64,000 nucleotides of DNA from Octopus sinensis (lineage: Eukaryota): positions 124,001 to 188,000 of the forward strand of contig NW_021831847.1 of the NCBI RefSeq assembly GCF_006345805.1. Reading direction: 5' to 3'. The translations under genes and the position numbers were made by a program. This document shows, in pieces, positions 25,924 through 39,330 of this stretch (positions are counted from its first letter, which is position 1; the number at the start of each line of letters is the position of its first letter). Below the pieces are notes generated by a model, which did no database searches, was not told where the DNA came from, and saw only the letters and a program-made list of their open reading frames with translations.

Positions 25924-28900
25924 ATGAACAGTCACGTCGAAACAAACGTCAAAGTCGCAGTCCGCGTATACTAAGAGAGTGACTGTCAATAGATCCGTCC
26001 TCCGTTGAATACTGAGGATAGTGGGGACGGCGGAATTTACACGTGCAATTCTGATCAAATCATTGTAAATGGAAAAGAAGCTTGTTTTACATTTGATTAT
26101 GTGTTGGACAAAAAAGCCAAACAGGTCAATTTATTTGTGTAGTTATTTTTAGGCTGATGTCTTCAATGAGTGCGTTTGCCAATTGGTAGTCAACTTTTTA
26201 GAAGGTTACAACGTGACAATCTTTGCTTATGGGCAGACTGTTAGTTCAGAGTTTTGAATTGTACATTTAGGGAAGTGGGAAAACATTCACAATCAGTGGA
26301 GATGACCACGAAGACTCTTTCGGCGTCATCAGAAGGTCGATCGAAGCCATATATGCACATGTGAAAGTTGGAATTGTCGTTGCATCTTTCACTTAGAAAG
26401 AAAGCCAATCCGAGAACTACGAATATTCCGTGAGGGTCTGCTACGTTGAAATATACAAAGAGGAAGTGGTCGACCTACTTTGCTCCGACTCAAAGGAAGT
26501 CCACATCAGAGAGGACGAAAGAGGAAATACAAGTATTGTTTCACAAGTAAAGTCTGTAGTACTAGTAAACAACCTGGAAGTTGTATGTGACTCCATTGAT
26601 GACGTTATAACGTGTCTAAAGAAAGGATCGGAGACTAGGAGTACTGGAACAACTCTCATGAACGACCGCTCGAGTCGTTCTCATGCAATTTTTACAATTT
26701 TGATTGGTAACTATCCACTTTATATAGACAGATCAGACTTGGAGTGAGTTAGAGGTCGACTGGGAAGGGAACACGACAAAATTAGGTACCCTCCCAGTCC
26801 CGACCCCAGCAAACACGGTGTCCTCCAAGCTGAACTTGGTTGATCTGGCCGGATCTGAGCGGGCAAACAAAACGGGAAATTGCGGAATTAGATTGAAGGA
26901 GTCGATATACATCAACAGCGGACTCCTCGTCCTGGGAAACGTCATCAGCGCACTCTCAGAAAAAAAATCAGTTCACGTGCCTTACAGAGATTCGAAGATT
27001 ACGAGAATATTAAAAGTAGTTACATCTTTTATCTTGTAGGACTCGTTGGGCGGAAATGCTCGAACGTTGATGATTTGTTGCGTCAGTCCCGCACTGAGCA
27101 ACGTGGACGAGACTTTCATCAGTCTCAAATACGCGGACAGAGTCAGAACATCTCCTTTTTATGTATAGGCCCGGAACATCCGAAACAAGGCTGTAATCAA
27201 TAAAAATGTCGATTCTACAAAAATCGAGAAACTGATCGTACAAGTCCGAGACTTAAAGAAGCAACTGCAACTCGAGAAGATGAGTTCTATGTCTTTTAAG
27301 AACGAGGCTGAGGAAGAAAAGACTCGCAAAGTAAAAGACCTCGAAGAGTTTGAGTATTTTGACAAAAAATAGTTTACGTACTCACTCACGACACTACGAA
27401 AACTTAATCAGAGAAGCCAGTTTTTATTTGAACGAGCTTGCCACTGAACAGACAGATTTGCACAGACGACAAAGCATTCGAGCCTGGCTCGCTACGGCTG
27501 ATAAAGTTGTCTCCGACTGCGAAGAAGATCCCCAACAAGCACATGTAAAATATTTGCTTGAACAAAACGAAAAAGTTCTCTTGTCTTATGACCTTTCTAG
27601 TTTTCTAGAGAACTTTCTATTAGAGAGGAAATCGTTCTTCAAAAAATGCAGGAAATTGAACTGCTTTCTCAAGAAAATTCTAAGCTGGTAGTCACTCCAG
27701 GTTTCTATGACACAGCAGCATAAACTGACAAAAAACAGTCAGACCAGTCTCAAAGTTGATAAAAACGTGAATGGGAGATGTTCGGCAAACAAATCCAGCG
27801 GAGAGAGTCACAATGGAACTAACAAGCTGAGGGACAGTCGCCGAACTGGACGTCAGCAACTAATCAAAAATATCGTCGACAAATTTAATTCAGAAAAACG
27901 TTTAAATGTCAATAAAATCATGTACGACGAGTTTGAAAGTGTCCAATCAACTTTTATTCATTCTCCGCCTGACAAGTGCATTTGTCGATCAAACTCAATT
28001 CTGCTGTGGGTTTGCTCATCTTGAACTAACCATATCATCAGAAAAAGATTGGTGAATTGGAAAGCAGCTGCTTTCGTGTGTCACAGGACGGCATCATTCC
28101 TAGAATTAAGTGTTTTGCTCTAAACATCAGATTGCTGAGACCCACAGAGGCGACCTTTGAGGATGTTGTGAGTCAACTTGAAAATTTTTTTGACGAAATT
28201 GAAAAAATAGTCAAGGAAATTAAAATCATTGAAATTCAGTGCTGGTCTACAGACGACCGGCTATTCAAGTCTTCTATCCAGTCCATAAAGCGTGAAATCC
28301 TCGAAGAACAATCAAGCCTGAATTCTCAGCCACGGGAAATTCGAAGGTAGTTCAGCTTTCATAAATATTTAAAAGAACGCTCGAACTGGCAGAAATGTCC
28401 AAACTTGTAGAACTTGTCAACAATCCTACAAAAAATGCTAAAAATCAGGTTTACATTGACGATAGACTCACGGCCAGGCCACATTCAAATTGCTGCTTCC
28501 CTTGCACTTGGTCTCTTTTTTCAGTGCACTATTCGACGATTTCATTGACTGCAAACTCGAGCTACAAAATGCTTCACAAGGAAATACTTCATTGGCAGTA
28601 TTTTTGTGATTTGATTTAAAAAAGACGACGTCATTAGAGACCAATAATTTGTGTCAAGATGGACCGAGTCAGTCTTTTCCCAATTCACGAATACAGAAGC
28701 TTGAGAAAGAATTGTATTTCTACAAACGGTCGCTCAGAGACTTGAAAAAAGCTCTCAAATTTGTCTTTTCGTTCGAATCAAGTCAGCCACTCAAAAAGGA
28801 ACTCAAGTCAAGTTGATTTGACCAAATAATATTGATAGTATTCAAGACTAGAGACAATGAAATAATGTCCCCACTCATCACAATCATGCCGCTCATTAGT

Positions 28901-29010
28901 TCAGAAGAAGGGTACTCCATTTAGGTTATTATAGAAAACAACGGGAAAAGGATCGATTGAACCCTGACGACCAATTCCATCAGAATAGTAGTAATATCAG
29001 TTGTAAATAA
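25924..29010 (+). CDS. KIF27: Kinesin-4 family motor (KIF7/KIF27-like) with coiled-coil tail; 3' end approximate
   Basis: VKVAVR|IRP (27-nt intron 25966-25992), FTFDYV, GQT|[67 protein letters not shown]|DSLGGN. KIF7 and KIF27 cannot be told apart here. Confidence 0.8.
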
Positions 29011-30221
29011 TACATGTATTTGCATGGTTCATTAAATAAAACTTTGTTTAAATAGTTAATTTTCTTCTTTTATAAACTGTCTTGCCTCCGTGTACCCAGA
29101 CAGTTTATTCCCATGTTGACACAAGACAAACAATTAGTCTCTATCCTCAGTGGTAATCAGTTAGTATTGTTGGAAATGGAAAAAGCAGTTGACGAAAGGA
29201 TTGACCAACAATTGCCCTGAAAGATAGTAAATCCTCCAATTTCTTTGCGAATCACTGCGGTGTTGATCAACTTACTGAGTTTAGAAGTCTTAATGTCATT
29301 AAACGCAAAAATGTATATTATTTAAATTCGAAAATAGCTATAGATTATTCGAGATATCCTATTAATGCCTACAGCTAAAACTAAACAAATATTTGTTATT
29401 TTGAATCTAAAATCTATTTTAAAAAACTCAAAAAAGTATTTTAACAATAAATTTTATTTTCTTTTCAACATTTTCTTCAGTTCTGCCTCAGCTGCCAAAT
29501 GAATATCACTTGGTCCCTTGTCTCTGAGTAATTCTGAATAGTTTATATATTCCAGATTATCGGGAGTGATTGAAAATTCTTTGTCGAACTAAAATTAATC
29601 TGTAAATATACTTTTTTCATAAATCTGACGGGATCAATGTAAGTGAATGTTTCAGTGAATGAACATGTCGGTTTATTTACAATTAATTGTTTCTTTTCTT
29701 TTGTTGACCCAATTATCCATACTTTTTCCGTTTTATGGTATCGCCAATTCCGACTATATCTACGCCATATTTCCTCACTAATACAATTCTTTGCTTATAT
29801 GGACGTGGAATTCGTTTTGAGTTTGCAGATAGAATAAGAGCCCTAACGTTTTGTCACTACATTGGTGAGTGCGGAAAAAAGGGAGCTTTTTACATCAGAA
29901 TAATTAAAGTACTTGTTGCTTTATTTTATGACTGTAATAGCAATCGGGAAGAATCATTTCTACAATTTCAGAACTAACAAACCAGTTCCTTCTGTAGTGC
30001 AACCTGTTTCATCCCACTTGGAGTTACTTCAAATAATTATTTTTAACCGTTCACTTGTAGGGTATAGAATCAAAGTCTTCGTAATCGAAGCCTTGAAATT
30101 GTTTATTATCTCCTTTTGTCGACTCCTTTATTAGTTTTTCTAAATTTGCAAATTTGTCAAATGTAGTCTGGCTGGTGGATGTTTCTTTATTGATTAAAGT
30201 AGAAATGCTAGAATTGTCTGT

Positions 30222-30350
30222 CTCTTGTGCCTTCTCTGCCTCTTGTGCCTTCTCTACCTCTTGTGCCTTCTCTGCCTCTTGTGCCTTCTCTACCTCTTGT
30301 GCCTTCTCTACCTCTTGTGTTTTCTTTGCCTCTTGTGCCTTCTCTACCTT
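30222..30350 (-). repeat. 18-bp coding-type tandem repeat (~7 copies, [A/V]EKAQE) within an unidentified minus-strand spliced gene (~29500-30500)
   Basis: Unit tcttgtgccttctct(g/a)cc. The minus frame VEKAQEAKKTQEVEKAQE... stays open into TDNSSIST... Confidence 0.8.
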
Positions 30351-32828
30351 GGGCGCTAGAACCGCCGATTCTGAAAATGGATGATTCTTTTACCTCCAAA
30401 TTTTTCTAATTCTTCTTTTAGTTCGTGAAACGACCAACTAATTTTCATTTAGATATTAAATACCTTTTTCCCTTTTTCCTCTTGGCATTTTATTTCGCCA
30501 ATTTTCACTGAAAGGCTTTTAAATAACTAATTTCCCGATTGTACGTAATTATTATACAATGTCTTTAAAGAAAAAAGTTATGCAACGTGATCCGGGTGAT
30601 ATGATGCGTGCACCACATCTAACAAATTTACCTATTCAAACTAATCATTTAAATACTTGTCTCATAAAACACTTGCTTCGAGGAGGAGTCCTTCCATAGT
30701 TCATGTGCATCAGAGTAGGGTTTATCACTCAAACATTTGTATTCTCTGTGAATCTCTCTGCCTTTTCGTTGGTCTCCAGAGATGACCCGAAAGATACCTG
30801 CGTGTAAGATACTCACCATTTGTTGAGTAAGCAGCCACAGTCTCTAGACGAGATTTTCTTTCTTTATATCAAGTTACTTATGAAGAATTGACGGTTAAGC
30901 CCAGACAACCTAGTACTTGGAAGGACAATATCGCCGCAAAGATTGCCTTGCGAGAGGTAGAGCTGAAAGCACTGATTGGGCACATATTAAATTTGGATAC
31001 GAGGTAAAAGGCAAGGTTTCCCCGTATGTTCTTCACTGCCACAGACTGTGTCTGCCTGTGTGGTTAATTAGTTTTGTTAAACCGGTGATGAGTGTGTGGA
31101 GTGTTCATTTTAAATATAACAAACGCACAATTAATGAGGTACAACTGGATTATCTAGAATTACTTGAACATTAGGGAACTTTCGTGGTAGTTTTAACAGT
31201 GAAGCTCTTTTCAGTGTCTTATAGAACAATAACACCATCAAAATCTGTCACATTTGCTCTTGCTGCTTCGACTGTGTCATGGGCAGCTATGCAAGCGAGT
31301 GCTTTGAGTGATTCCTGCCATGCTGTTTCTCCTGCAAGCTGGATCACTCTTCTTGCAGTATGAGTGAGGTTTCCCCTGGCCAGGACCTAAGACTTCAGTG
31401 CCAACAGTCAAAGTATTTAACTTTGCAAAGACATCTGCCTGATTTACCAGCAGCTGTATAGAATCTATTGAATATTCATATACTGAGATTCTTGGAGTTC
31501 AGCCCAATCAATCCAACCTGATTCTCCTTTTTGCTTTGCTGTCTGTTTGTTTGATTTGTCTTTTTGATTTGTTCAAGATATCTTAAGGCAAATGCACGCA
31601 TGTAAATTGAGTCAAGAATATCGATGATTGCTTCGCGCGATGAATTTGTCTTTTTTACATTTTCGATTGTAGATCAGTCGATCTTTTCCAGACTTTTCAA
31701 CGACTAGAGTTAAGTTTTCGTTGGAACTATCGGTAACTGTATTGATCGATTGAGCAAGATTTGAGGAAAGGTTTAATTATGTCTTTTTTGTGGATCTGAT
31801 AGGTCAATCTTAGCAAGTTGTTGGTCATTATTTGAATACTTTATTCATGGAATTTGATGTTTAAGTCGAAGGCACTTTCCTGTGAAGTATGAGTTGTGCT
31901 GAAAAATCATAAAAAAGACAATATGAGAATGTCCACTAAAATGGGTAGAAACATCACGGTTTGTATTTAATCGAACGCCTTTTTACAAGTAAGACAGGTT
32001 CGGGATCACGAAAGCTGGAAAACTGTGAAAGGAGACATTATGAAATTCATTTGCAAATCCACTTTGACTTTTAATGATTTCAAAACTTTGATTTCTAGAC
32101 AAAGAAACATCCGCAGAGGTATTGACAATAAGATTTCCTCTTAGACTTCCTTGCCTATTGTCAGCAATATTTCAAAAATTCGTGCTTTTGACGAGATTGA
32201 GTGCTAAGATTGCAGAGCTACTTTGTTTGTAGTTGTTTGCTAGGACATAATCTAAAGTTGTGAGGGTTCACTTACTCAATTTTAAGTCTGCATTTGCTGT
32301 GCCTAATGCAGCGCTTTGGCTTAGAGCTTCTAGCAGGACTATCTAAAGTGATCGCGCAGGCACTGCAACATTGCTGGATTTTATAGATTGTGTTAGGAGC
32401 ACTAAAATTCATATCATGAAGAATGATAGGTAAAGCTGCTGTTCGAGGATCTGTTGCAAGAGTGACTGTTGCATCTGCAACAACATTAAACGTTACAGAA
32501 TCCTGATTATCAGAGTAATTCCAGGAACACATCCAGTTTCCAGTTGTTTTTCCAGTTTCCAATAGAGGTGGAAGGCCCAAATACTATCGGAGCCGCCAAT
32601 TCATAAAATCACATTATGCTTGTAATCATACTTTAATTTGCCAAAGGAACGACTGTTTAACGAGAATGGATTGAACATTTAACCATTATTGAATATTAAA
32701 ATAAAGTCTGACATGTCATTTCAATGTATGGTATTCGACTTGGATCAATTTAAAGAGTTATACAAAATAAGTAAAATTTTTTAATTTTTAATATTAAATT
32801 ATAAATTTATCTGATAGTTAATTTTAGC

Positions 32829-34346
32829 ATGCTTTTTGGTCGTTTGTTTACACGACTTAGTAAATCTTCTATTTCAAAAAATAACCGATTTTACAAGCTA
32901 TTTGGGAGCTCAATTCCGTGTCTCGTTGGAAGTATCTGCGGTTATTTCTACTACGATAACAGTCCTTACATACACATGACTGGTAGTATTAAAGAAAACT
33001 TTGAAAATGGGGAAAATAGTAGCAAATATATTCAAAAACTACCAAATCACGTGCAATATTTGCTGATCGGAGACGGAGTGGAAATATTCTCCGCCGCTCA
33101 GGCGATTCGTGCCTCGGATGTGACTTCAAAAGTTGCAGTGGTGTGTCCCCGTGGTCACCCGCCTTACATCAGGGACGCATTTGTTAGGGAATTTGTCGAC
33201 TTTGATCGAGACATCTCTTCTAGACAAGAAATATACAATGTTTTCAAAAAATTGTTTTTTGAGCAACCCAATTTTTATTTGGACATTTCGGATTATTCAA
33301 ACATCGAAAATGGGGCAATTTTCATTGCAAACAACTTAAGAGTCGATTCAGTAGACTCGGAATCCTGCACGGCAAAGTTTGGCCCAGAAATTGTGAAATT
33401 CGACCGCTGCCTTGTCTCACCCTCCGCTGTTCCTAAAATCTCTCGGAACCTAATTCACAACTTGTCTACATTTGACGATTTTTTGGACATTTTTTCGGTC
33501 TTGTCGGAGGCTAAAAATGTGATAATAAGTGGAGATTCGATAATGGTTGCACAACTTATTTCAATCCTTCAAACCCACCCTCAACGATTGTTCAATTTAA
33601 CTTATGTTCGTCGTTCAGATCGCCCTCTACTGTCGGGAGTTCTTCCTCTTCATTTGGCTCAAGTTGTGGAGAATGAACTGGAGAAATATGGTCTAAAAGT
33701 GATTATCACAAAAGAAAACACAGAGACTGTCTGTCCTCACGGCGTGAAGGTTAGTCTGTGTTTGGAAGATGGGGTCACTGTTGAGGGGGACCTATATATT
33801 GAAATTTCGCCAGATTCCAGAATAAACCATCTCTTCGGGACTTCTAGTAGCGATGAAGGGGAAGTTATGGCCGACAAATATTTGAATGTTAGTCCAAATA
33901 TTTGGGCGGTCGGAGATTCCGTATCTGTCGAGAATTTTTACTTTGGAAAGAGGTCATTTCAAGGATATGACAATGCATTCATGTCGGGAAAATTGGCGGG
34001 TCTGAATATGACAGGACATGAAATGATTCACAGAATCATTCCTATGTTTTGGTCGTATGTGGGTCCCATAGAATTGGAAGGCTGCGGAGTCCTCGATCCA
34101 GTTTTGAGAACAGTCTCAGTATTTGAAGACGAACAAGCAAAGAGCATTTCGGAACGACGAGGAGTGATATTTTACTTGAATGAAGACAGTGTTATTGTTG
34201 GAGTATGCCTTTGGAATCCAACGAGAAAATCTTCTTCTCATCTATTACGACAAGTGGTTGCCAGTAAAATGAAGGAAGATGATATTCTGGGAGTTAGCAA
34301 GTTAATCAACCTGTTTGATGTTGAAGATAATAATGACGAGCCTTAA
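32829..34346 (+). CDS. AIFM1: Apoptosis-inducing factor, mitochondrial (divergent, intronless)
   Basis: Presequence-like N-terminus plus TM, PNHVQYLLIG..AAQAIRA, PPY, IWAVGD, AFMSGKLAGLNM, PMFWS and GVIFYL...VGVCLWN all match AIF. Confidence 0.85.
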   Translation: MLFGRLFTRLSKSSISKNNRFYKLFGSSIPCLVGSICGYFYYDNSPYIHMTGSIKENFENGENSSKYIQKLPNHVQYLLIGDGVEIFSAAQAIRASDVTSKVAVVCPRGHPPYIRDAFVREFVDFDRDISSRQEIYNVFKKLFFEQPNFYLDISDYSNIENGAIFIANNLRVDSVDSESCTAKFGPEIVKFDRCLVSPSAVPKISRNLIHNLSTFDDFLDIFSVLSEAKNVIISGDSIMVAQLISILQTHPQRLFNLTYVRRSDRPLLSGVLPLHLAQVVENELEKYGLKVIITKENTETVCPHGVKVSLCLEDGVTVEGDLYIEISPDSRINHLFGTSSSDEGEVMADKYLNVSPNIWAVGDSVSVENFYFGKRSFQGYDNAFMSGKLAGLNMTGHEMIHRIIPMFWSYVGPIELEGCGVLDPVLRTVSVFEDEQAKSISERRGVIFYLNEDSVIVGVCLWNPTRKSSSHLLRQVVASKMKEDDILGVSKLINLFDVEDNNDEP

Positions 34347-34474
34347 AAATATTATAAATGTTTGTATTTTTAACTATTTTTTTCATAAACGCTATAATAA
34401 ACTTTATAAATAAAAGGTAATTTAAACACTAATCATGAGTTAAAAACCCAAATATAATTTTCAGGTAAGCCGGG

Positions 34475-34850
34475 ATGCCGTCTGTTCTCGAACCTGTCGG
34501 TTTGGACAGAGGTGACGGCAAACGCCCTGACGGCTTAACTACATTCCTCTTTGAGCAGGGAAAATCCCTTATATGGGATTCTACCTGCTGTGACACATTC
34601 TCGAACGGGAACCTAGCCATGTTGGCCGTCGACCCAGGCTTTGCTTTCAATCGCGCCAAAGATCTCAAAATCCTAAAGTACGGTCACCTCTCCAATTTCG
34701 TTTTCATGCCGTTGAGACCTCTGGGGTCTTTGGCCGCAAGTGGCTTTGTTTCCTACGCGGTTTGGGGGGAAGAATCGCCAAAAGGAGGGACAACCCGAGA
34801 GAGTCCTTAACGACTCTCCATTCCCGTAATCCGCGGCAACTGCAGTGCGC
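34475..34850 (+). mobile_element. CRE-like non-LTR RLE-domain fragment
   Basis: LEPVGLDRGDGKRPDGLT...KSLIWDSTCCDT. Confidence 0.8.
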
Positions 34851-34859
34851 CTTAAACGC

Positions 34860-36280
34860 TTCGATAGAACCCTCGTATCGGACCCGGTTGAGATGGCTGA
34901 AATATTTTCAACCCACCTCAATGACATCTCTGAAACTGACGGAAGTCAGTAAAAGTGACTTACATGATTCAGTAAACCTGAAACTCGTTACAAATGCCAA
35001 GCCTACGCTAATATAGCACGTTTTTGCAAAGGAGAAGAAAGATGCTTAACATGCGGTGGTCCACATGATATGAAAGAATGTTCAAATCCCATAGCAAACT
35101 TTAAATGTTGCATTAACTGTGGATCATCAGTACACTGGATTACATATGGCGGATGCCCTTCAGCTAAAAATAACAAAATTACACAAGTCAATTTACTTTC
35201 TGAATCCGGATTAAACACAGTTTGGGAGAAAGCCCCAAGTGTGACTTTGTATTGGACAAACAACAAACTTTGACTTCAGTTTGGAAGAATCGTTTGCCAA
35301 CAAAAGTTTTGGAATGCAATGTATCTATTAGAACCCAAATGGATAATCATATGACTCAAAATATAATGACAACTATACGCAGGTCGTCTCAAAAAAGCTT
35401 TCCCCGTTAAAAAGGAACTCAATATGTTGATAGACAGGTCACTTAAATCAAATGAGGCGGAAATCATTAAATTTGGATCTAAATTCTGAATAGCTATCTT
35501 TTGACTGCCGAAAAGAAAACCGAGATGGAAAAATCCTGGGAGAATATTCGATCGAGAAATTTGAAAAGCCAAATCATTTTTCGTGCCATGGAGATGATTT
35601 CTTAGGGATTTTCCTAACTTCATTCGTATCAAAGCTTCTATGTATATCTCAAAGAAAATATCGTTTTCATTATAAAACCGCAAAAAAAGACCGGGCGGTT
35701 TATAAGATATTTATTTTTCCACTTGAAACTCCAGTTTGATAGTCCAGGAGAATGAAGATGCAATAGAAAGAACAGATAACACATTAGAAGTCTGTTAAGA
35801 AATTTAATGGAGAATAACTCTGCAAAATCTACTTAAAACAAAAAATCCTAAATGTTTCTGGGTTCTATGAAAAAACATTTTTTCAAAGAATAGACTTACG
35901 TACGGAACCTCTTTCAGCAAACGACAGAACCATATTGAAACGTTGCCTGATCGCGGACGAAGCAGCCCTTTAAGTCGGTAATGAAACGAATGATCTATCT
36001 AGAGCAAATATAACAATAAATAGCAGTAAAGTAAGTGTGCTTAATCAGTCACTAAAACCAATCGAATACTCTCTATGGTCTTTATTCTGTCCTAGTTCCT
36101 CGGTACACATTCATCAAAAATTACTCATCACATAAACACAGAATAAATACCCACTGCGGAACTGGATTTTCTAAAAGGGACTCACACGCAAGAAAAAAGA
36201 GCAAGGATCATTTTCTCTGTCCTCAATTAATTAACATTGCGGTCTTTACTTAAATAAAGTGTGTTTCCTGCCAGGGCTAT
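34860..36280 (+). mobile_element. Heavily deleted I/Jockey-like LINE (ORF1 zinc knuckles, ORF2 scraps, 3' UTR)
   Basis: CLTCGGPHDMKEC and CINCGSSVH knuckles. The 3' UTR (cacacgcaagaa...caattaattaacatt...aaataaagtgtgt) is shared with 54000-54100. Confidence 0.7.
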
Positions 36281-36324
36281 AAAGTACTATGACTCTCGTG
36301 ATAAGAAAAATAATAATAAACATG

Positions 36325-37031
36325 TTAGTCACTGAGCAAGCAGTCTAACTCTGCAATATCCATATCATCGAACAGTCCCTCTTCAATGCAGTAATCTTCC
36401 TCATCTTTTATCCCTGCAAAGAACTCCTTGCCTACACACTCAGCACATTTATTACCCGTCATTCTCACAATACACTCCTGACTCTCACTCATTTCTTTCT
36501 CAAATTGTACTTTCCAACGAGAAAAAGACTCGACGGTCACAGGCGTCCCCCACCGCTCTGGTTCGTCACCAACAGTCTCCCCCTCCACGCACACAATCCT
36601 CTCACTGACCTGTCGACTCCCTCGAGAATATTCCTTCTCAAACTCGGGTAGAAGACTCAATAGTTCGAATATCATCGGAAGTCCCTTCAGTTTGCTGGCC
36701 TGTGACATTTAATCACTTTTAGAGCACGTGAAGGCTGAGAAAGTCCTCAAGTTGAGTAGCAAACTCCTCGGAGAGATTAGTGAGATCCGCCACCTTGAAG
36801 AATGGGGGGACATTCGGATATTCGTTGGGAAGTGAGATGCACAGGGAAAATGAGGCTGTGGTTGGAAATTTTGATGTACCTTCAAGGAGAGCGATCCTAT
36901 TCTGTAGTTGGAGTGAGAATTTGTAGACGGGAGGAGTGGAGGATATGACTACTCTCAGTTATATCCAAATTACTGGTTAGATTGTCGGGGTAAATGCACT
37001 CCAATGATAATAACTCCTCCGCGACGCTCAT
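36325..37031 (-). CDS. RWDD1: RWD domain-containing protein 1 (Gir2-like), spliced
   Basis: EELLSLECIYPD, GLPMIFELL, GTPVTVESFSRWKVQFEKE, MTG|KEFF (24-nt in-frame intron) and an acidic tail EEGLFDDMDI. Confidence 0.88.
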
Positions 37032-37744
37032 TTCTGCACTAAATAATTAAACATTATTCATTTAAAAACATATATTTTAAAAATCTATTAATTTTTGTTT
37101 TAAGTTTAAGAACATGAAAGTGACCCGTTGAGAGATGCATACTGGGGAAGCTTCCGCCAATTTTCCTTGGAGACCATTTGGACAGTTCACTCACAGATGT
37201 GTCGTTATATTTTGAGACCAAGTCTCAGGTATACATAAAGCCTTAAAAACTTTTTCAAAATTATAAAATGTCTGTCCAAGCTCTCCAGAAAGTAAACTAT
37301 CGTGTCATCGTTGCAAAAATCGCATTTCTGAAAAAGTAATTTTACCCTTTTGTCAAGGCTCGGAATCGCCAATTGAAATATGATAGAGTGGGCAAACGTA
37401 CAGCAATTTAGTAATCTATAACTAATTAATTAAGAGATTCTCAAGGCGGCTTCATCCATGATATCGTGAGTAAGATCGCATTCCGCTATTGTGAGCCTCC
37501 AGAATCATCATGGCCCTGGCAGAGAATTTCGATTCCCCGGAAACAGCTAAGCTATCAAAACAAGAAACATGTTTCTTAGAATAAATTATAATTCTTTTAC
37601 GAATAAAGTCATGTGATAAGTATTAGTCGAATATTCAAACATTTTGGAAATTCAGAAGGAGTGTTATTCTCACACGCCTATTTAATGAAGTTTGCAGTCT
37701 GGCCGTTCAATGTATTTATTCATTGAGCTGTAATTACATTACAT

Positions 37745-38020
37745 TTACATTAGGTGTATTTCGCTGGTTCTTCAATGGGATCCAATAAATGGGTCGTGTT
37801 CTTCCAGGTCTGGCGTTCCAGTCCCCAGCAATGAAGCACATGTATGAAGAACTGAGGGTGTTGTATAAATGTGTAAGGTTTGCAAGGACTCTGACACCAG
37901 TCGGCGTGTACACAGTGATGATTGTGATCAGAGAGTTAGGTCTGGTTCCTTATTTGAGTTGGAGCACCACTATCTTGTCCATGACGGACCACACCCAGGA
38001 TACATGCTTTTGTCCTGATC
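37745..38020 (-). mobile_element. APE endonuclease fragment (RTE-like)
   Basis: Minus frame ITIITVYTPT...LYNTL...FIAGDWNARPG. Confidence 0.6.
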
Positions 38021-38064
38021 TTACACTTTCTCAAAAATTGAAAATAATTAATTTGTTTATTTAA

Positions 38065-39330
38065 GGAGGGCAAACTCAGGCAGCTCTATCTGCAAGATTC
38101 AACTGTTCTCAGTCTCAGGTTTCATGGATTTTGAAGAATAGAGATAAGTACCTATTCGAGTCGCAAATGAACGTAGAAACTGCATTGTCCGTCTTGTTTG
38201 CTCAAACCAGGACCAAAACCTACCAATAAATGGTCACATACTAACCCACAAAGTTACTTACTTTGCTAAAATTATGAAAATGGATGACTTTATTCCTACT
38301 TCAAGTTGGCTTATGCGTTGGAAAGAAACAAAATATCATTTAAACGTATTTATGGGGAGAAAAAAGATTCCGATTTAAATTCTGTTGAATACTGGTACTA
38401 ATGGACATTGCAAGATCTTTTAAAAGATTCTAAACCGGAAAACATTTATAATAAAACAGCACTCATATGAAATACGGATCGAAAGTAAAGAAAAATTAAG
38501 GATAGAATAAATGTAATGGCATCCTGCAACATGACGGGTTCGGACAAACACAAATGAAGGTGCTTCAAAGGAATTTAAACACTTCCAGTTGACTACATTG
38601 TCAATAAGCTATCACGTCAATTTCAGTAGAATTGTAGAATGCATGGATGACATGACGCGTTTTTAAAAACTGGTTATCATGTGGTAACAAGAAAATAATA
38701 TTGCAAAAAAGAAATATAGCCATAGTTTTTGACAATTGTGCTGCGAATTCAAAAGATTCTGGAAAAAATCAATCAAATGTTAAATTGTCTTTTATCCCCA
38801 TGCATTCGGCCATGTGATATGGGGATCATAAAAAGTCTAAAGCACGACTACAGATTGGCAATTTTACAAAAAGTGATTGTTGTAATTAATTCAGACGATA
38901 GTTGTCGCAAATCTGTTGTGAATTTTACCACTTCCTTGGATGCGCTACACATTCTCAAAATGGCTTGGAGGCAAGTCAAAATAACAATTTAAAACTCTCC
39001 GTAAGGCGGGATTCCAGGAGGAAGTGTGGGAAAATACGTTTAGTAACGTTAAATTTGACAAAACATGTTGAGGATGAAGAATGTATTTGAATCATGTCCG
39101 ATGAAGAAATATGTTTAATGTCAAGAGATATTTCTTCCAAAGACGATGGGGACGATGAAGATCCCATGCCCCTAAAAACAACCAGTTCGGAAGCTATGTT
39201 GATACGTTAATTTCTTACTAGCAGCTATTTAACAAGTGAAATGGATATGGAAAACTTTAATGAACCAGAAAAAAGCGTCCCACGCCTTTGCCAAAAGACT
39301 AGGAAGTACAGACCACAATGAGGATTTCCC
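38065..39330 (+). mobile_element. Degenerate Tigger/pogo transposase
   Basis: QAALSARFNCSQSQVSWILKNR (psq HTH), PINGHIL...SWLMRWK, FDNCAA and PCDMGIIKSLK. Confidence 0.75.

Noticed and set aside
30660-32600. Gag-like or other retroelement ORF1 remnant
   Set aside because: Too degenerate; no motif could be assigned confidently.
37525-37550. tRNA T-loop (ttcgattcccc)
   Set aside because: No cloverleaf, D-arm or acceptor stem could be built.
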